A DNA stretch of 64,000 bases from the NCBI RefSeq assembly GCF_009914755.1, contig NC_060927.1; one strand, written 5' to 3'. Shown here one piece after another: positions 24,790 to 40,603 of this stretch; within the stretch, counting starts at the first letter, position 1; each line of letters starts with the position of its first letter. Both the position numbers and the translations under genes were made by a program. The DNA is from the human T2T-CHM13v2.0 reference genome, Homo sapiens. The notes beneath the pieces were generated by a model, which searched no databases, was not told where the DNA came from, and saw nothing but the letters and a program-made list of their open reading frames with translations.

Positions 24790-27026
24790 TTCAAAATATG
24801 TAAGTAAACTATAGGACAACAGAAAAAGGGTGACAATTTGTAAGAAAAGTGGGCAAAGGCTTGAATGGAAAATCTGCAAAAGAGATTACAGGCCAATAAC
24901 CACAGGAGAAGATGTTCAACTGCATTATTCACCAGGAAAAAGAAAATTATCTTTTGCACCATCTTATACCCATTAGGATGGCTATTATAATAAAAAAAAA
25001 ACAGAAAATACTAAGTGTTGGTAAGGATGTGGAGAAACTGGAATCCCTGTGCACTCTTGGTGGGAACGTAAAATGGTACAACCAATATAGAAAATAGTAA
25101 GGTGGTTCCTCAAAAAATTAAAAATATGATTGCCATATGATCCAGAAGTTTCATTTCTGGGTATAAAAACAAAAGAAGTGAAAGTAATAACTCAAACAGA
25201 TGTGGCACACCCATGTTCATAGCAGCATTATTTCCAATAGCCAAAAGGTAGAAGTAACCCAAGTGTCCATGACAGATGGATAAACAAGTGGTGGTATATA
25301 CATACAATGGAATGTTATTTAGCCTTAAAAAGGAAGAAAATTCTGACACATGCTAAGACACGGATAAATCTTGAGGACATTATGCTTAGTGAAATAAGTC
25401 AGTCGCTAAATGACAAATATTGTATGATTCCACTTATATGAGATACTTAGATCAGTTAAAATCATAGAGATAGTAAATAGAATGGAGGTACCAGGCCTGG
25501 AGGGAGGAGGAAATGAATTATTGTTTAATGGGTACAGAGTTTCAGTTTAAGAAGATGAAAAGAGTTCTATATGTGGACGATGGTAATGGTAGCACAATAA
25601 TGTGAATAGAATTTATTCTACTGATCTGTACACTTTAAAATTGGTAAGATAGTAAGTTTTGTTATGTGTATTTTACCACAATTGAAGTTTAACCACAATG
25701 CAATATCACTATTTGCCTATTAGAATGGCAAAAATGAAAAAGAGAGAAAATACCATGTGTTACCAATCAGAACAACACATACACTGACTGCTATTAGAAG
25801 CGTAAAATAGTACAATAATTTTGGATGATGCTTGCAGTGTCTACTATAACTGAACATACACAAACCTAAGACTTCACAGTTCCACTCCTAGATATATATC
25901 CAAGTAAAAATGCTTCCATGTCTTCCCTAAAAGACTGCAAGAATGTTCACAGCACAATTCATAGTAACTCCAAACTGGAAACACCCAAATGCCTATCAAA
26001 AATAGGATGGATAATAAATGTTATATTCATGCAATGGAATATTATACAGCAGTGAGAATAAACATAATGGTAACTATTTTCAACATATGAATGAAACTCA
26101 CAAACATACAGTTAAAAAATGCCAGATAAAGTGTATCCTTTGGGTAGATTATTTGAAGGGTGCCCTGGAGCAGTGTTATAGTACTGTTTCTTGATCTCAG
26201 GGCTATTTATATGGATGTGTTAACTCTGTGGAAATTCATCAAGCTATATACCTATAACTGGTGCAATTTTCTGTATTTTTGTGATAATTAAAATGAGAAA
26301 TTTTGAAATCCCAACAGTTATGTGTGTGTGCATGTGTGTGTGTCTGTATGAGAGATAGTGAGTGAGAGAGACAGAGAGAGAAAAAATTGGCAAACTGTTA
26401 ATAAAATTCATACATAAATGCAAAGGACCAAGAATAACCAAGAAAATGTTTCTTGAAGAACAACAGAATTGGAGGACATTCACTATTGGCTATCAAGTCT
26501 ACAGTATATGTAATATTGGCACAAGGATAAACATACAGGTCAGTAGGCCAGAATAGAGACTCCAGAAATAGATCTATGTATGGTCAATCACTTTTTCAAA
26601 TAGATGTCAAGGTAATGGGAGAAGATAATTTTTTCAAAAAATAGTGCTGGAATAACTGGACATCTGTGCAAAAAAATGAACCTCTACCCTTACATCTCAC
26701 TCTCTGCAAAAAATGAAAGGGGATCCTAACCTAAATTTAAGAGCTAAAATTATAATATTTCTAGAAGAAAATGAAGAAGTCTTTGTGACCTTGAATTAGG
26801 CAAAGAATTCTTAATTAGGACACAGAAAAGCATGAATCACAAAAGAAAAAAATGATAAATTGGACCTTATCAAAAAGTTTTTAATTTCTTTCTTTATACT
26901 ACAAACTCATACACTGATAATGGGAATGTAAAATATGGTACAGCCTTTTGGAAAACAACTTGGCAGTTTCTTAAAATTTTAAACACAAACCCACCATATG
27001 ACTGAGCTATTGTACTCTTAAGTATT
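24790..27026 (+). mobile_element. Nested old L1M 3' fragments
   Basis: Repeated L1 ORF2-end/3' UTR motifs (gggaacgtaaaatggtaca, caatggaatattat); continues at 28769-28980 after the TMEM183 insertion. Confidence 0.7.
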
Positions 27027-27040
27027 TATCATGGAACTTT

Positions 27041-28754
27041 TTTTTTTTTTTTTTAAGATTCTGAAAACCCTGTCACCTGCTTTATTTCTGGAGAAGGGTA
27101 AAGGGAGAAGGGAAAATATTCACTTGAATTTGAGGGGCAGCTAAACTGGAAGCAACAATTTCAGGCCTCTAAGGTTCCTCTGATCCATAAGGGAATGCTG
27201 AAACTTCCTTGTTTGGAGATTCAAAGAGTTTAATTTTTCCCTACAGCAAGATCAACAATTTTCACTGGGATAAAAGAATAAAGAACAAACTCAATAGCAC
27301 CAAATGGGGTTTTAACACAGAAAACAGGGCCACTCCTTTTGAATGCAAATTTTTACATTAAAATATGTTTATAAATCATAGTAGTTGTTTTCCCTCTTGA
27401 TTCAACATTTCTCCCTCCCCTAACAGGAGCCCTAGAACCTGAAGAGCATGTACATTACTAACGAGATATACAATCCAGCCACCCTGTCCAAACTGGAATC
27501 TGATTACTAATGGACTACACTCGAGGCTGCCCCCAAGGGATGGGAAGCAGTAACTACGCTCTCAGGGAGAATGGGTACTGAGGATGCCACCAGTCAAAGA
27601 GCCGAACGCTGTGCACTGGGTCCAGGATGACTTGCACACCCTGTTCACTGCGCAGTTTCCGACCACCATGGACAGGGGAATCTTGGAACACCAGTCTCAC
27701 TCGATGATGCCGCATGTCCGTGCTCACATTGATAGTAAACAGAGTAAATATCATTCCCATGACAATCGGAATAAAGATGAAATTGAGGGTGGTGACCTGC
27801 AGTAGGCAGCAGTCCTGGTCTGGATTGGTATGAACATCTTCGTACTGAACGGGAGGCTGCAATCCTCCTGTACACTTGCTCTTTAACCTAGGGGACTGTT
27901 TTTTGAACTTGAAGTTGAATTCCCACATTGGTTCCTGTCTGTTCCCAACAATCTTTCTGCACCAGAAAAGTAAGCATTTGGAATTCTTTAATGTGCTGGG
28001 GGTGCTTTCTGGAATGGCTGGATTCTTGGAGATTCGAGCAGCAAATGGCTCATACATATGGTACAGAGATCGGATCACACAAGCCCGGAGACAGTGCAGC
28101 TTCTCCACTGACTCTGGTCGCAGACGCAAAGGCAGGGAAGCATCCAGCGTGTAGTGCCTTCGGTACAACCTGGTCCAAAAGGCAGCAGTGCAAGTGACAG
28201 TCCAGGCATTCTTACAAATCAGGGAAAAATTCACAATGTCCTCAGGACGGATATAGGAGGCCAGCAATAGCCAAATATCCATGGGATACTCTTCTCCTCC
28301 AGCCCCGTCCAGTTCTTCTTTGTGTCTCTTGCTTTTCTTTTTTCTGGAGACAGTTCTCTCATGGATGTTTTCCTCCTGGGCATCCATCTCATCACTGCTG
28401 TCGATGATGTCATAGGGCTCACCAGCCCCAGAAAGAGCTTCCTCTGCAGGAACCTGAGAGGCTTCCAAGCCACAAAGAGATTTTACTTCCTGCCGAACAG
28501 CGTTGGCTACGGCTTTCTTGACTCGTCCAGACCTCACGACCGCCAGATCCGAGTCGGCGTAATCCGCCACGGTCACTCGGCCGGAGCAGGCGTCGTGGGC
28601 CCGGAACTTGAGTCGCTTTCCTCTCTTGGGCATGGCGACCGTATCGGGGCGAGGCCTGCCTAGCGGGCCGGGCCCCCGGGCCATGTCTCCGGCCAGAGAG
28701 CCGCCCCGGTAGCCGCAAGCCAGCTCCGCCCGGCTCCGCGGCCATCCCACACCC
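27041..28754 (-). mobile_element. TMEM183B: Full extent of the TMEM183 retroposed mRNA insertion
   Basis: Poly-A (plus-strand poly-T to 27054), AATAAA at 27081-27086, perfect 14-bp TSD tatcatggaacttt at 27027-27040 and 28755-28768, L1-endonuclease-like TT|AAAG target; interrupts an old L1 fragment. Confidence 0.95.
27554..28684 (-). CDS. TMEM183B: Intronless TMEM183A retrocopy with intact 376-aa ORF (TMEM183B; retrogene or transcribed processed pseudogene)
   Basis: ATG at 28684 ([13 protein letters not shown]...[10 protein letters not shown]), 1131 nt with no introns; sequence recognised as TMEM183 family. Translation is not provable from sequence. Confidence 0.88.
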   Translation of the reverse strand: MARGPGPLGRPRPDTVAMPKRGKRLKFRAHDACSGRVTVADYADSDLAVVRSGRVKKAVANAVRQEVKSLCGLEASQVPAEEALSGAGEPYDIIDSSDEMDAQEENIHERTVSRKKKSKRHKEELDGAGGEEYPMDIWLLLASYIRPEDIVNFSLICKNAWTVTCTAAFWTRLYRRHYTLDASLPLRLRPESVEKLHCLRACVIRSLYHMYEPFAARISKNPAIPESTPSTLKNSKCLLFWCRKIVGNRQEPMWEFNFKFKKQSPRLKSKCTGGLQPPVQYEDVHTNPDQDCCLLQVTTLNFIFIPIVMGMIFTLFTINVSTDMRHHRVRLVFQDSPVHGGRKLRSEQGVQVILDPVHSVRLFDWWHPQYPFSLRA

Positions 28755-29154
28755 TATCATGGAACTTTAAATCACATGTTTACACAAACACTTGGACAAA
28801 AATGGTTTTAGCAGCTTTATTTGTAATAACCCCAAACTGGTAAAAAACTAAATGTCCATCAGCAGAGGTATGGATTAGAAAATTGTGATGTATTCATATA
28901 ATGGAATATTATTCAACAATAAAAAATAACACATCTGATACATCCAACAACAGTGAATCATGTTTAATGAAAGAAGCCAGACCACTCCCCACCACAAAAG
29001 AGCACTAACTGATAAAGCTGACCTAAGAAGCTTTGAAATGCAATATTTTGACTTGATACTACAAGGCAGACAAAACTACACAAACACTACACTCTGGTTG
29101 GTAAATCTGTTTCTCACAGGAGCTTGGTTAGCAATTCTGAAACTCTTTTACATG

Positions 29155-29610
29155 TTGTGTTTTCTAAGGCTGCTGTAACAAATTACCACAGACTTGGTGG
29201 CATAAAGCAGGAGAAATTTAATCTTTCACAGTTCTGAAAACCGGAAGTCCAAAATCAAGGTGTCAGAGCTGCGGTATCTCTGAAGTCTCTAGGGGAGAAT
29301 CCTTCTTTGTGTCTTCCAGCTCCTGGTGACTTCAGGTGTTCGTTGACTTGTGGCTGCTTCACTACAGTCTCTGCCTCTGTCTTTACCTGGTCTTCTCGTC
29401 TTGCCTCTATGTTTCTCTTCTCTGCGTGTCTCTTATAAGGATACTTGTCATTGGATTTAGGGCCCACTGGGATAATCTAATGTAAATGAATCTTAAGATC
29501 CTTGATTATGTCTGTGAAGACCCCTTTTCTAAGTAAGGTTACATTCACAGCTTCCAGTGGTTAAGACATAGGCATATATTTTTGAGGATCACCAATCAAC
29601 CTAATACACA
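29155..29610 (-). mobile_element. MLT1 (MaLR) LTR
   Basis: ggctgctgtaacaaattaccaca...aagtccaaaatcaaggtgtcag...ttggatttagggcccac. Confidence 0.85.
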
Positions 29611-29629
29611 TGTATATAAAATGAATAAG

Positions 29630-30391
29630 TGCTTTGCAAACACTGTCACTGCCCAGAGCCCCTGACACCAGCCATAGTCGACCCCACCATGCTCTTTGAC
29701 ATCACTGTCAGTGGTGAGTCCTTGGGCCACATTTCCTTAGATCCATTTGCAGACAAAGCTATTAATACAAAGACAGCAGAAAATTTTCATGCTCTGAGCA
29801 CTGGAGAGAAAGAATTTGGTTATTAAGAGTTCTTGCTTTCACAGTATTATTCCAGGATTTATGTGTCTGGGTGGTGATTTCACATGCCATAATGGCACTG
29901 GTGGAAAGTCCATCTATGCGGAGAAATTTGATGATGAGAGCGTCATCCTGAAGTATACAGGTTCTGGCATCTTGTCCATGGCAAATGCTGTACTCAACAC
30001 AAATGGTTCCCATTTTTTCATCTGCACTGCAAAGACTGAGTGGTTGGTAGGCAAGCATGTGGTCTTCGGCAAGGTAAAAGCAGGCACTAATAAGGTGGAA
30101 GCCATGGAATGCTTTGGGTCCAGGAATGGCAAGACCAGCAAGAAGATCATTGCTGACTGTGGAAAACGCTAATAAATTTGAATCATGTTTTATGTTAACC
30201 ACAAGAGAATTGCTTCTGTAGCTCAGGAGAGCACCCCTCCAACCCATTTGCTCACAGTATCCTATAATCTTTGTGCTATCTCTGCTATTCTTTAGGTTCC
30301 ATATTTTCCTTATTCCCTTCCATGTCTAGCTGGATTACACAGTTACATTTATGATCATGAAATAAAAACTAAATAACAAAAAATAAAAAAT
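29630..30391 (+). pseudogene. Processed pseudogene of PPIA (cyclophilin A)
   Basis: VDPTMLFDI...[18 protein letters not shown] / [31 protein letters not shown]; start ATG>ATA at 29674-29676; frameshift near 29822; PPIA-like 3' UTR, AATAAA at 30361, A-tail; imperfect TSD aaaat(t)gaataag at 29618-29629 and 30393-30405. Confidence 0.95.
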
Positions 30392-30662
30392 AAAAATTGA
30401 ATAAGAAAATATATTGTAAATAATGAGAGCCAGGTTTCTCACTGACATGAGAAAGAAGTTACAAATGGGCAAGAGTGAAAGGTTAGAATGACCCCTGTGG
30501 TGCTGGATTAGAGTCACATTTATCAGCATGAGTTTATATTAATATGTATACAGATATATGAGCATAAATACAGGTATTGTAGATACATGGGTTAGTATAC
30601 ATACATATATCTCCTACTTCTGTTCACTAACAGAAGCTGAAGCAATGACACTCAAGTAGTAA

Positions 30663-31037
<375 letters not shown>

Positions 31038-31398
31038 TAAATACAATATGAGCCTGGAGCATCTTACAGTGCCAGAAAGGAAGTGTCCAGAAAAAAACTC
31101 TATAGAGATGGAAATTAGATTAGTGAATGCCTATGGCTGAGATTGAGAATGGGAAAATGACTGCAAATGAAGATGAGGCTTCCTTTCGGGATGGTGGAAG
31201 TATTCTACAATTAGCTTGTCCTATTAGTTTTACAACTCTGTAAATATACTAAAATTCATATTGATATCATGTACCTCCTGATGTGATGAGTATGAAAGTT
31301 GAATATGTGCATACACGTCAATAAATTTTATGGTATATAAATTATACCTCAACAAAGCTGATTAAGAAGAAAGTGCTCTATAAAACAAACAAAAAAAA

Positions 31399-31790
<392 letters not shown>

Positions 31791-32219
31791 TTAAGTAATG
31801 GTAGTATTGGATTAAAGCCCCAAAATAGAATCTTTGTGATATTCATGACTCCATACTGACATACATACATACATACATAAATGGGTAAGAAGGGACAAAT
31901 CTTCCTTACAGAAGAATTGTAAGTACTAAATATAGAAGGAATGAGAGAAATAGAAAATCACCATTAGAACACCACAGTAATAGCTACTATGAGCAAGATC
32001 CACTGATGAATGCTAAAATTAGTGAGTGAAACTTTTAGGATGAGTGAGATATTTGCATAAACTCAAAGTATTTCCTTCTAAATATTTATTAATTACTGTG
32101 GTCATTTAACATAAGCCTATAAAGTCTTTCATATACTCTCCTCCAGAGGTAGAGTTTAACTCCTTTTCCCTTGAGTGTAGGCTGGACTTAGTGACTTGCT
32201 GCTAATGAACAGAATATGA

Positions 32220-32600
<381 letters not shown>

Positions 32601-32925
32601 ATGATGTGATATATATCAAATCTCCCAAAGCTGATCGTACCCATACCCTAGGACCTATTCATTCCAACCATAGGTATACATGCAACAAAAACGTGTTCAC
32701 ATTTTTTGCACCAAAAAACCTTTAAAAGAGGCTGAAAAACAGCATTATTTATAATAGCCCAATAAGTAATACCTAGCTCAAAAGACTATTTTGAGGACTA
32801 AATAAAGACTATTTTGAGGACTATATAATATATATATAAAATATACAAAGTAGGACCACAGGCTCTGGTACAATAGACAATAAAAAGCTGTCATCATCAT
32901 CATCATCATTATAATAAACAAGGGG

Positions 32926-33283
<358 letters not shown>

Positions 33284-34116
33284 TCACAAAGTCCCACTTG
33301 ACTGTGTCTGCTTTTAGCCTCTCCAAAGAGGTTCAAAATCAGCCAAAAAAGAAGACATGCCATCCTATCTCTATTCATCAGCTCAACACAAAAGATCCCA
33401 TTTGTGTGTGTGGCCAAAACTGCCCTTCTCCCTGCTCCCCTAGGTGAAGTAAGGATGTGAAGAAGCCATGGATTGGGTAGGAAGCTTTGAAAATGGCATC
33501 TTCCAAGGTTAACTAATTAGAAGATATTTTGCTTGTCATGTCACTCAAGCTCAAGCAGAAGATAGGCTCTAGTCATTATGTGGTGATATAAGCATAAAAA
33601 TAGAATAAGTTTAAATTGAAACAAGTGGTGTTTATGAAGGGTTATGAGCTTCTAACTAATGAGTTAACAAAAAGTATAGAATAATTGGATTGTTAATTAG
33701 CACCAGGGGTCAGTTGCATCACCAAATAAAAAAGAGGTCCATTCATGTATTCCAAAACGATAAATTTCCTAAATGTCCTACAGAGGTTTGCTAAGCACAC
33801 AGACTGAGGTAATGAAACTCTGGTGGTTCCAGCAAAAGCAATAAAGTACCAATAAGAACATATATGTTGTTTAAAACCCTAATATGACAGATCAATCTAC
33901 CCCAATATAGGGTAATGTATTATATCATCTTGACCAAGTGAGACTTTAAAATACATTATTTCAGAAAACAAACACCAAGTTCTGGGGGCAAACTAAAATC
34001 TAGAGAAAGGAGTTGACTTTAAAAAGTTTAAGCAACCTAACAACAAAGTTTAATAATAAGAAAGAGAGGCTATTGTCTTAGGTTTAAGTCACTTTAGAAG
34101 AAAAAACTGAATTTTG

Positions 34117-34396
34117 TGTAATCCCAGCACTTTGGGAGGCTGAGGTGGGAGAATCACGAGGTCAGGAGTTTGAGACCAGCCTGGCCAACATGGTGAAACC
34201 CCGTCTCTACTAAAAATACAAAAAATTAGCTGGATGTAGTGGTGGGTGCCTGTAATCCCAGCTACTCAGGAGGCTGAGGCAGAAGAATCACTTGAACCTG
34301 GGAGGCGGAGGTTGCAGTGAGCCAAGATCATGCCACTGCACTCCAGCCTGGGCGAGAGAGTGAGAATCCATCTAAAAAAAAAAAAAGAAAAAAAAT
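34117..34396 (+). mobile_element. 5'-truncated AluS
   Basis: Starts at tgtaatcccagcactttggg; A-tail. Confidence 0.93.
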
Positions 34397-34889
34397 CCAG
34401 GACCCCAGGGAATTTGGGGTTGAGTAAAAATTACTACCCAGAAGGTATCCAACTAATAGTACTGAAACATTAGGAAGAAATCAAAATAAGTTTATCTCTA
34501 ATCCTAGAAAGGTATAAAACAACTTTAAGGAAGAAATAAATTCACCACATGGTACTTGATGTTTGGAATAGCTTAAGGTTAAATGTTGTAATAAGTTTTG
34601 TTGTTTTATCTACAAAATGCATTTTGTGTATTTTGTATTTTAGGGTGTTGAAATGTTCAAAAGAATCAGACATACTAAATTTGCAATTGCTGTTTAAAGG
34701 AATTTAATCAAATTTTGTATCAATACCTAAATGCTCACTCCACTGACATTAAGGTTCATATAATTGTGAGTGTTCCTCTCTATGCAAAAACTCTCTCAGA
34801 TATTAAAGGCTAATCTACATGCCAGCAAACTCAGTCTCTGCAGAGAGAAGGACCGTGACTCAAAATGCACCCTGTGTGCTGGGAAGATT

Positions 34890-35285
34890 TCTGTCTTAGT
34901 GTGCTTGGACTGCTATATCAAGTACCACAGACTGGGGGATTTAAACAACAGAAATTTACTTGCTCACAATTATAGCAGCTAGAAGTCTGACATCAAGGTG
35001 TCGACAAGATTACTTTCTTCTGAGGTTTTTCTCCTTGGCTTGTAGATGGCCATCTTCTCTCTGTAGTAATACATGGTTTTTCCTCTGTGCCTATCTGTCT
35101 CCTAATGTCCTCCTCTTGTAAGGACACCTGTTATATTGGATTAGGGCCCACCCATATGAGCTCATTTTACCTTAATTACCTCTTTACAGGCCCTGGCTCT
35201 ATAGTCACATCTTTAAGGTACTGGATGGGTGTTAGGATTTCAACATACGTGTGAATTTTGGGGAGCACAATTCAGCTCATAATGA
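34890..35285 (-). mobile_element. MLT1A-like LTR
   Basis: tgtcttagt...aagtaccacagactgggg...aacaacagaaattta...ggattagggcccacc. Confidence 0.85.
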
Positions 35286-37500
35286 TTTCCAAGAACCAAG
35301 AGACTGAGGGCTCAAACACGGTGGGCAGAAGAACCCAGCCTTGGAAAGGATCTGCGATGGAAACTCTGGGGGTATAGAAAAGGAATTGAATGATATGAGG
35401 AGCAGAAATCAGAGAGGAGGGTGTATTCTGAGGAAGCGAGAGAGGAGCCCCAAGGGTTGTGGTACAGAGGCCCCTGTCTGCACATTGGTCATCATAATCT
35501 CAATGCCCAGGTTGTACTCAAGAACAATTCAATCAGAATGTCTGGGGGTGAAACCTGGGCATCAGTAACTTTTAAAGCTCCCCAAGTGATTCCAACTGTG
35601 CAGCCAAGGTTGAAAACCTAAAGGTTTGATCACAAGGCCTTCAGCTCCAGTACCCTACACAAAGAAAGTTAGACTAGAGGATGGAACTTTCTGACCTCTT
35701 GCTCTGCAAAAGGTGGGGACGAATGGCCCCCACAGCCACACCATAGTAAATGGCAGGTGTCTTGATCATCTTCACTCTGACCCAGAGGGTCGTCTGAAAG
35801 AGCCTCTGGTTGTAATGACTCCTACTAAGGAATACTAAATCTGACATTCCTGTCTCCCTTGACTCTTTCTAGGCACTTTACCCCTGATCTTGAGCTTCAG
35901 GGTTTTTCCATAGCTGTGTCCAACCCCCACCCACACTCTCCCCACCCTCTATCCCCAAAAAGAAAGAAAAAGAGGAAGTGGGAAAGTGTGTTTAATATAT
36001 TTGCAGATGTACATATTCACAAATATGTTGGGAATGTTTGAGCCATGTTAATTGGGTGAATACTTTGACCCAATCCTTCAGGAATATTGAATCATGGGAA
36101 TACTGTACTTAGAACAACACAATATTACCATGGGCCTCTCTGCCCTGCGCAAATATTAGTCTTTAACTGGAATGACCAAAAACAGATGTTTCATATCTAG
36201 AATGTTTTCTCACAGAGAGTTTCAATAGAAATATTTTAGCCCCTCAGATACATCCAAATAAAATATTTGGTCTTGAAACATTCTATTTTAAAAGTCAGTG
36301 AGCTGTGGCTTCATTATAGCAGAAGAAGCATGAATCAGAGACCTGTTTTCATTTGTCACCTTCAGGATAAGCAAGAGTGAACAGTGAAAAGTGATAAAAT
36401 TCTGAACTCTTGTGATTCGGAGATGATTTTTTTTAAAAACATGCATCCCTCATGTAATAAACCTGAGAAATGCCAGTGACATTTGCTATAAAATATGCAT
36501 GGTGCCTCCTTTCATGCTTATTTGCATTATAAAACCAGAGGTGACTTTTGATTAGAAAAAATTGTCCCTGGGATATACTAAAACCATTGCATGTAGCCAA
36601 ATTTTAGTCACACCTTCAAAGAAACATGTATCACTTTAAAAAAGACCTAATATGGCCAAAATGTTAGTATTATTGATATGGCATATTCAAAATAAACTAC
36701 AGGAAAAAAACATGGAAAGTAAAAATATTATACAACAATGCCTCTCAAATTTTAATTTGCATAAGAACCACCTGGGGGATCTTGCTAATTCTGACTCTGG
36801 GAGGGCCCAATATTCTGCATTTCTAACAAGCTCCCAGGGAATGCTGTTGCTGCCAGTCTCTGGCAAAGGCTCTGAAAGCTTGATTTCTTCCGTATTAATT
36901 ATGCCCACTCTAAAGGTAAAGCCTTGGTTCTTCGCTAACATTTTCATCGGCTTTGAACAGTCCTGACAGTTACAACTTTATATTACCACCCCTCTTTTTT
37001 TTTTTTTTAAACTCCTGCGGGATCTCTTCTTGAACAAATTTTCCCTTACCATCACTGTTTTACTTGATAATATGGCCTATAAGGACAAAAACTGCATAAG
37101 GTTTATGAACTCTCATTATTAATGAGCAAACAGACTTCTCCCCAGTGTAGGATTGAAAGTCTACTAGTAAGGAAATGTTTAGCAATGATCACCACGTCAC
37201 CTCCTGTAATGGTAATGGCAACTCCTGCTGACTACTTACTATTTGTCAGACATAATGGTGATTTATTTAAGTCATCTTAATTAAATGTTAAAATAAATCA
37301 ATGAAGTATTTATTTTATTTAGCAAACACTTATATAATGCTTTCTACATACAGGCATTATTTTGAGTGCTTTACAAATATTCACTCAATTAATCCACATA
37401 AATCATATAAGGTTGGTGTTACTCATCTTACAGATAAGAAAGTTAAGGCATGGAGAAGGTGAGTACTTGCCTAAAGTTATTTAGTTAGGAGATGGTTTGA

Positions 37501-37838
<338 letters not shown>

Positions 37839-39711
37839 CTAACAGATCACCTAAGAACACTGGAATTCAACAAAGAAATGACAGTAGACACCTAAGACAA
37901 AGGAGAGGGGAGTGAGGTAGTCAGCTCAGGGATGACAGGATCAGTTGGGAGTCTGCAGAGGCTCCTCAATGTGGGGAAAGAGTAAGTGACTCCCAGTGAT
38001 CTACATTCTCACTGCAGACTCTCCCAATCCTAGCCATGGGAGAGCCCCTCAACTCATGAGGGCCCTGAGACTAACATAGGGATCTGCCTGGAGACTGCAT
38101 AACAGGATTGCTTCAGAGAGGGGTCCCACAGATGCCTGGAGTCCTAAGCAGCTACAGCAAAGTGCCTCTTTGAGAGTCCAGCTCCCACCAGCCTGCATCC
38201 TGCCCTGGGGCTCAGTAGCCCTTTCATCTCCATATCCATAGAGCCCCACTGACATACCTTGCATGCAGCCAGGTGCTGCTGCTAGTTGCTGCCACCAGGG
38301 CTGAAGTGCAAACTATTGGGAGCAACCCTGCCACTCCCAGTAGCATGGCTGCTTTGAAAGCACCCTGAGGACAGGCTATCCTCCTTAAATCTGCCACCAA
38401 GGGCCCAAGTTTGTATGCCCCCCTGCCATACATTTAAGACTGCAGCCACTGAAAGCAACCCTGCTCTTCACAGGAGCAGAGTTGCAGCATAGCCGCAGCT
38501 TCCCCCTACTTGAGCATTTCAGCCAGAGGCCTGGTGATCATCTCACCCCTGCCTACCACAGCTAGCACCTGCATGCACCTCTAAGGGGCCTGAGGACAGG
38601 TCTACATGGCCCAGCTCGTATCCACCAGTGCCCAGGCACGCCATTCAGGAACCTGGGGATCTCCCTTCCCCGTCTACCACCATTGGCATGTGAGGACTCC
38701 TCTTGGAGGCCAGAGAACAGACCACCCAACCTGCTGCTAGTATCATAGCTGGCACTCACCCATGTGTATCACCTTCAGGCCTGGGGACTGGCTCACCCAG
38801 CCTATCACAGCCACCGTCAACATCACTTGGGAACCAGAGAATTGTCGCACTACTGCTACTGTCATTGGCCACACTACACCCACTGCCTAGAGGCCCAAGG
38901 ACCCACCCACCTGCCTGACCCACCACTGCCACTACTGGCTCCCAAGTAAGCAGCCTGGAGGCCCAAGAATTGGCTCACCTGTACCTGCTAAAAACAATGC
39001 CAGTATATACTTCCCTGGGAGTGAAGGACAGGCATGCTTGGCATGCTGCCGCCACCATTGGGACCCAATGGCTGGCCCACCTGATGTCCCTGTCTCCAAC
39101 AAAACTTCACCACTCCCTCCGTTAATGATTACACCCTAAGCCACTGAGGGAACTACAGACACTCTTGACACTGTTTATAGGCAAAGAAATCAAAAAGAGA
39201 CTACACTATTGCATACACCCTAATTCAAAGTCAAAGTACCCTACCAACCAATGCCACAGGGACATCATCAGGAAAAAGTCCTCCGCTATGAAAGCAAATT
39301 CAAAGAATTGGAAGAAGTGACCATTATACCAGATGCACAGGTATCAACATGAGAACACAGGAAACATGAAAAGGCAAGGAAATATGACACCTCCAGAGGA
39401 ACACAATAATTCTCCAGCAACAGATTCCAACGAAAAAGAAATTTATGAAATCTCAGAAAAATAATTCAAAATGGTTCAAAATAATATTTAAAAAGCTCAG
39501 TGAGACATAAGAGAACTCAGAAAAACAATACAAAGAAATCAGAAAATTCAGGACATAAATGAGAAATTTACTAAAGACATAGATATCATAAAAAGAACCA
39601 AATATAAATTTAGTAATGCAAGAATTTATTGAATAAAATACAAAATACATATGACAGCTTTAACAATAGACTAGACCAAACAGAAGAAATTATTTCAGAA
39701 CTTGAAAAAGG

Positions 39712-40070
<359 letters not shown>

Positions 40071-40603
40071 TGAACAAAGCCTATGTGACATATGGAACAC
40101 CATAAGGCAACCAAATTATTTGGATTTTTGATGTCCCACAAGGTGAAGAGAAAATAAAAGGGATAGTAAACCTACTTAATGAAATTTAGCTGAAAATTTA
40201 GCTGAAAACTTCCCAAATCTAGCAAGAAATACCTAGACACAGAAAGCTCAGAGATTTCCAAACAGATAAAATTCAAAAAGGTCTTCTCCACAGCACATTA
40301 CAGTCAAACTGTCAAAAGTCAAGGATGAAGAGAGAATTGTAAAAATAGCAGGAGAAAAGTATATAGTTACTTATGAGGGAAGCCTCATCAGACCAATGGC
40401 AGATTTCTTAGCAGAAACTTTATAGCTCAGGAGAGAATGAGATTATATATTCAAAATGCTGAAAGGAAAAAAAAATTGTCGGCCAAAGATATTATACCCA
40501 GCAAAGTTATCCTTCATAAGTGAAGGAGAAATAAAGTCTTTCCTATAGAAGCAAAAGCTAAAGGAAGTCTTCACCATTAGACTGGTCCTACAAGAAATAC
40601 TTG

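Noticed and set aside
27584-28663. Plus-strand ORFs antisense to TMEM183B
   Set aside because: Shadow frames of a coding sequence.
28685-28750. 398-aa version of the TMEM183B ORF
   Set aside because: The extra 22 codons start at GTG in the retroposed 5' UTR; the family start is the ATG at 28684.
29762-30247. 161-aa minus ORF and 118-aa plus ORF as functional genes
   Set aside because: Antisense shadow and post-frameshift fragment of the PPIA pseudogene, which lacks its start codon and has altered conserved residues.
32781-32823. Short tandem duplications (also at 40183-40209, 48747-48777, 54041-54069)
   Set aside because: Ordinary 10-23 bp slippage duplications with no further structure.
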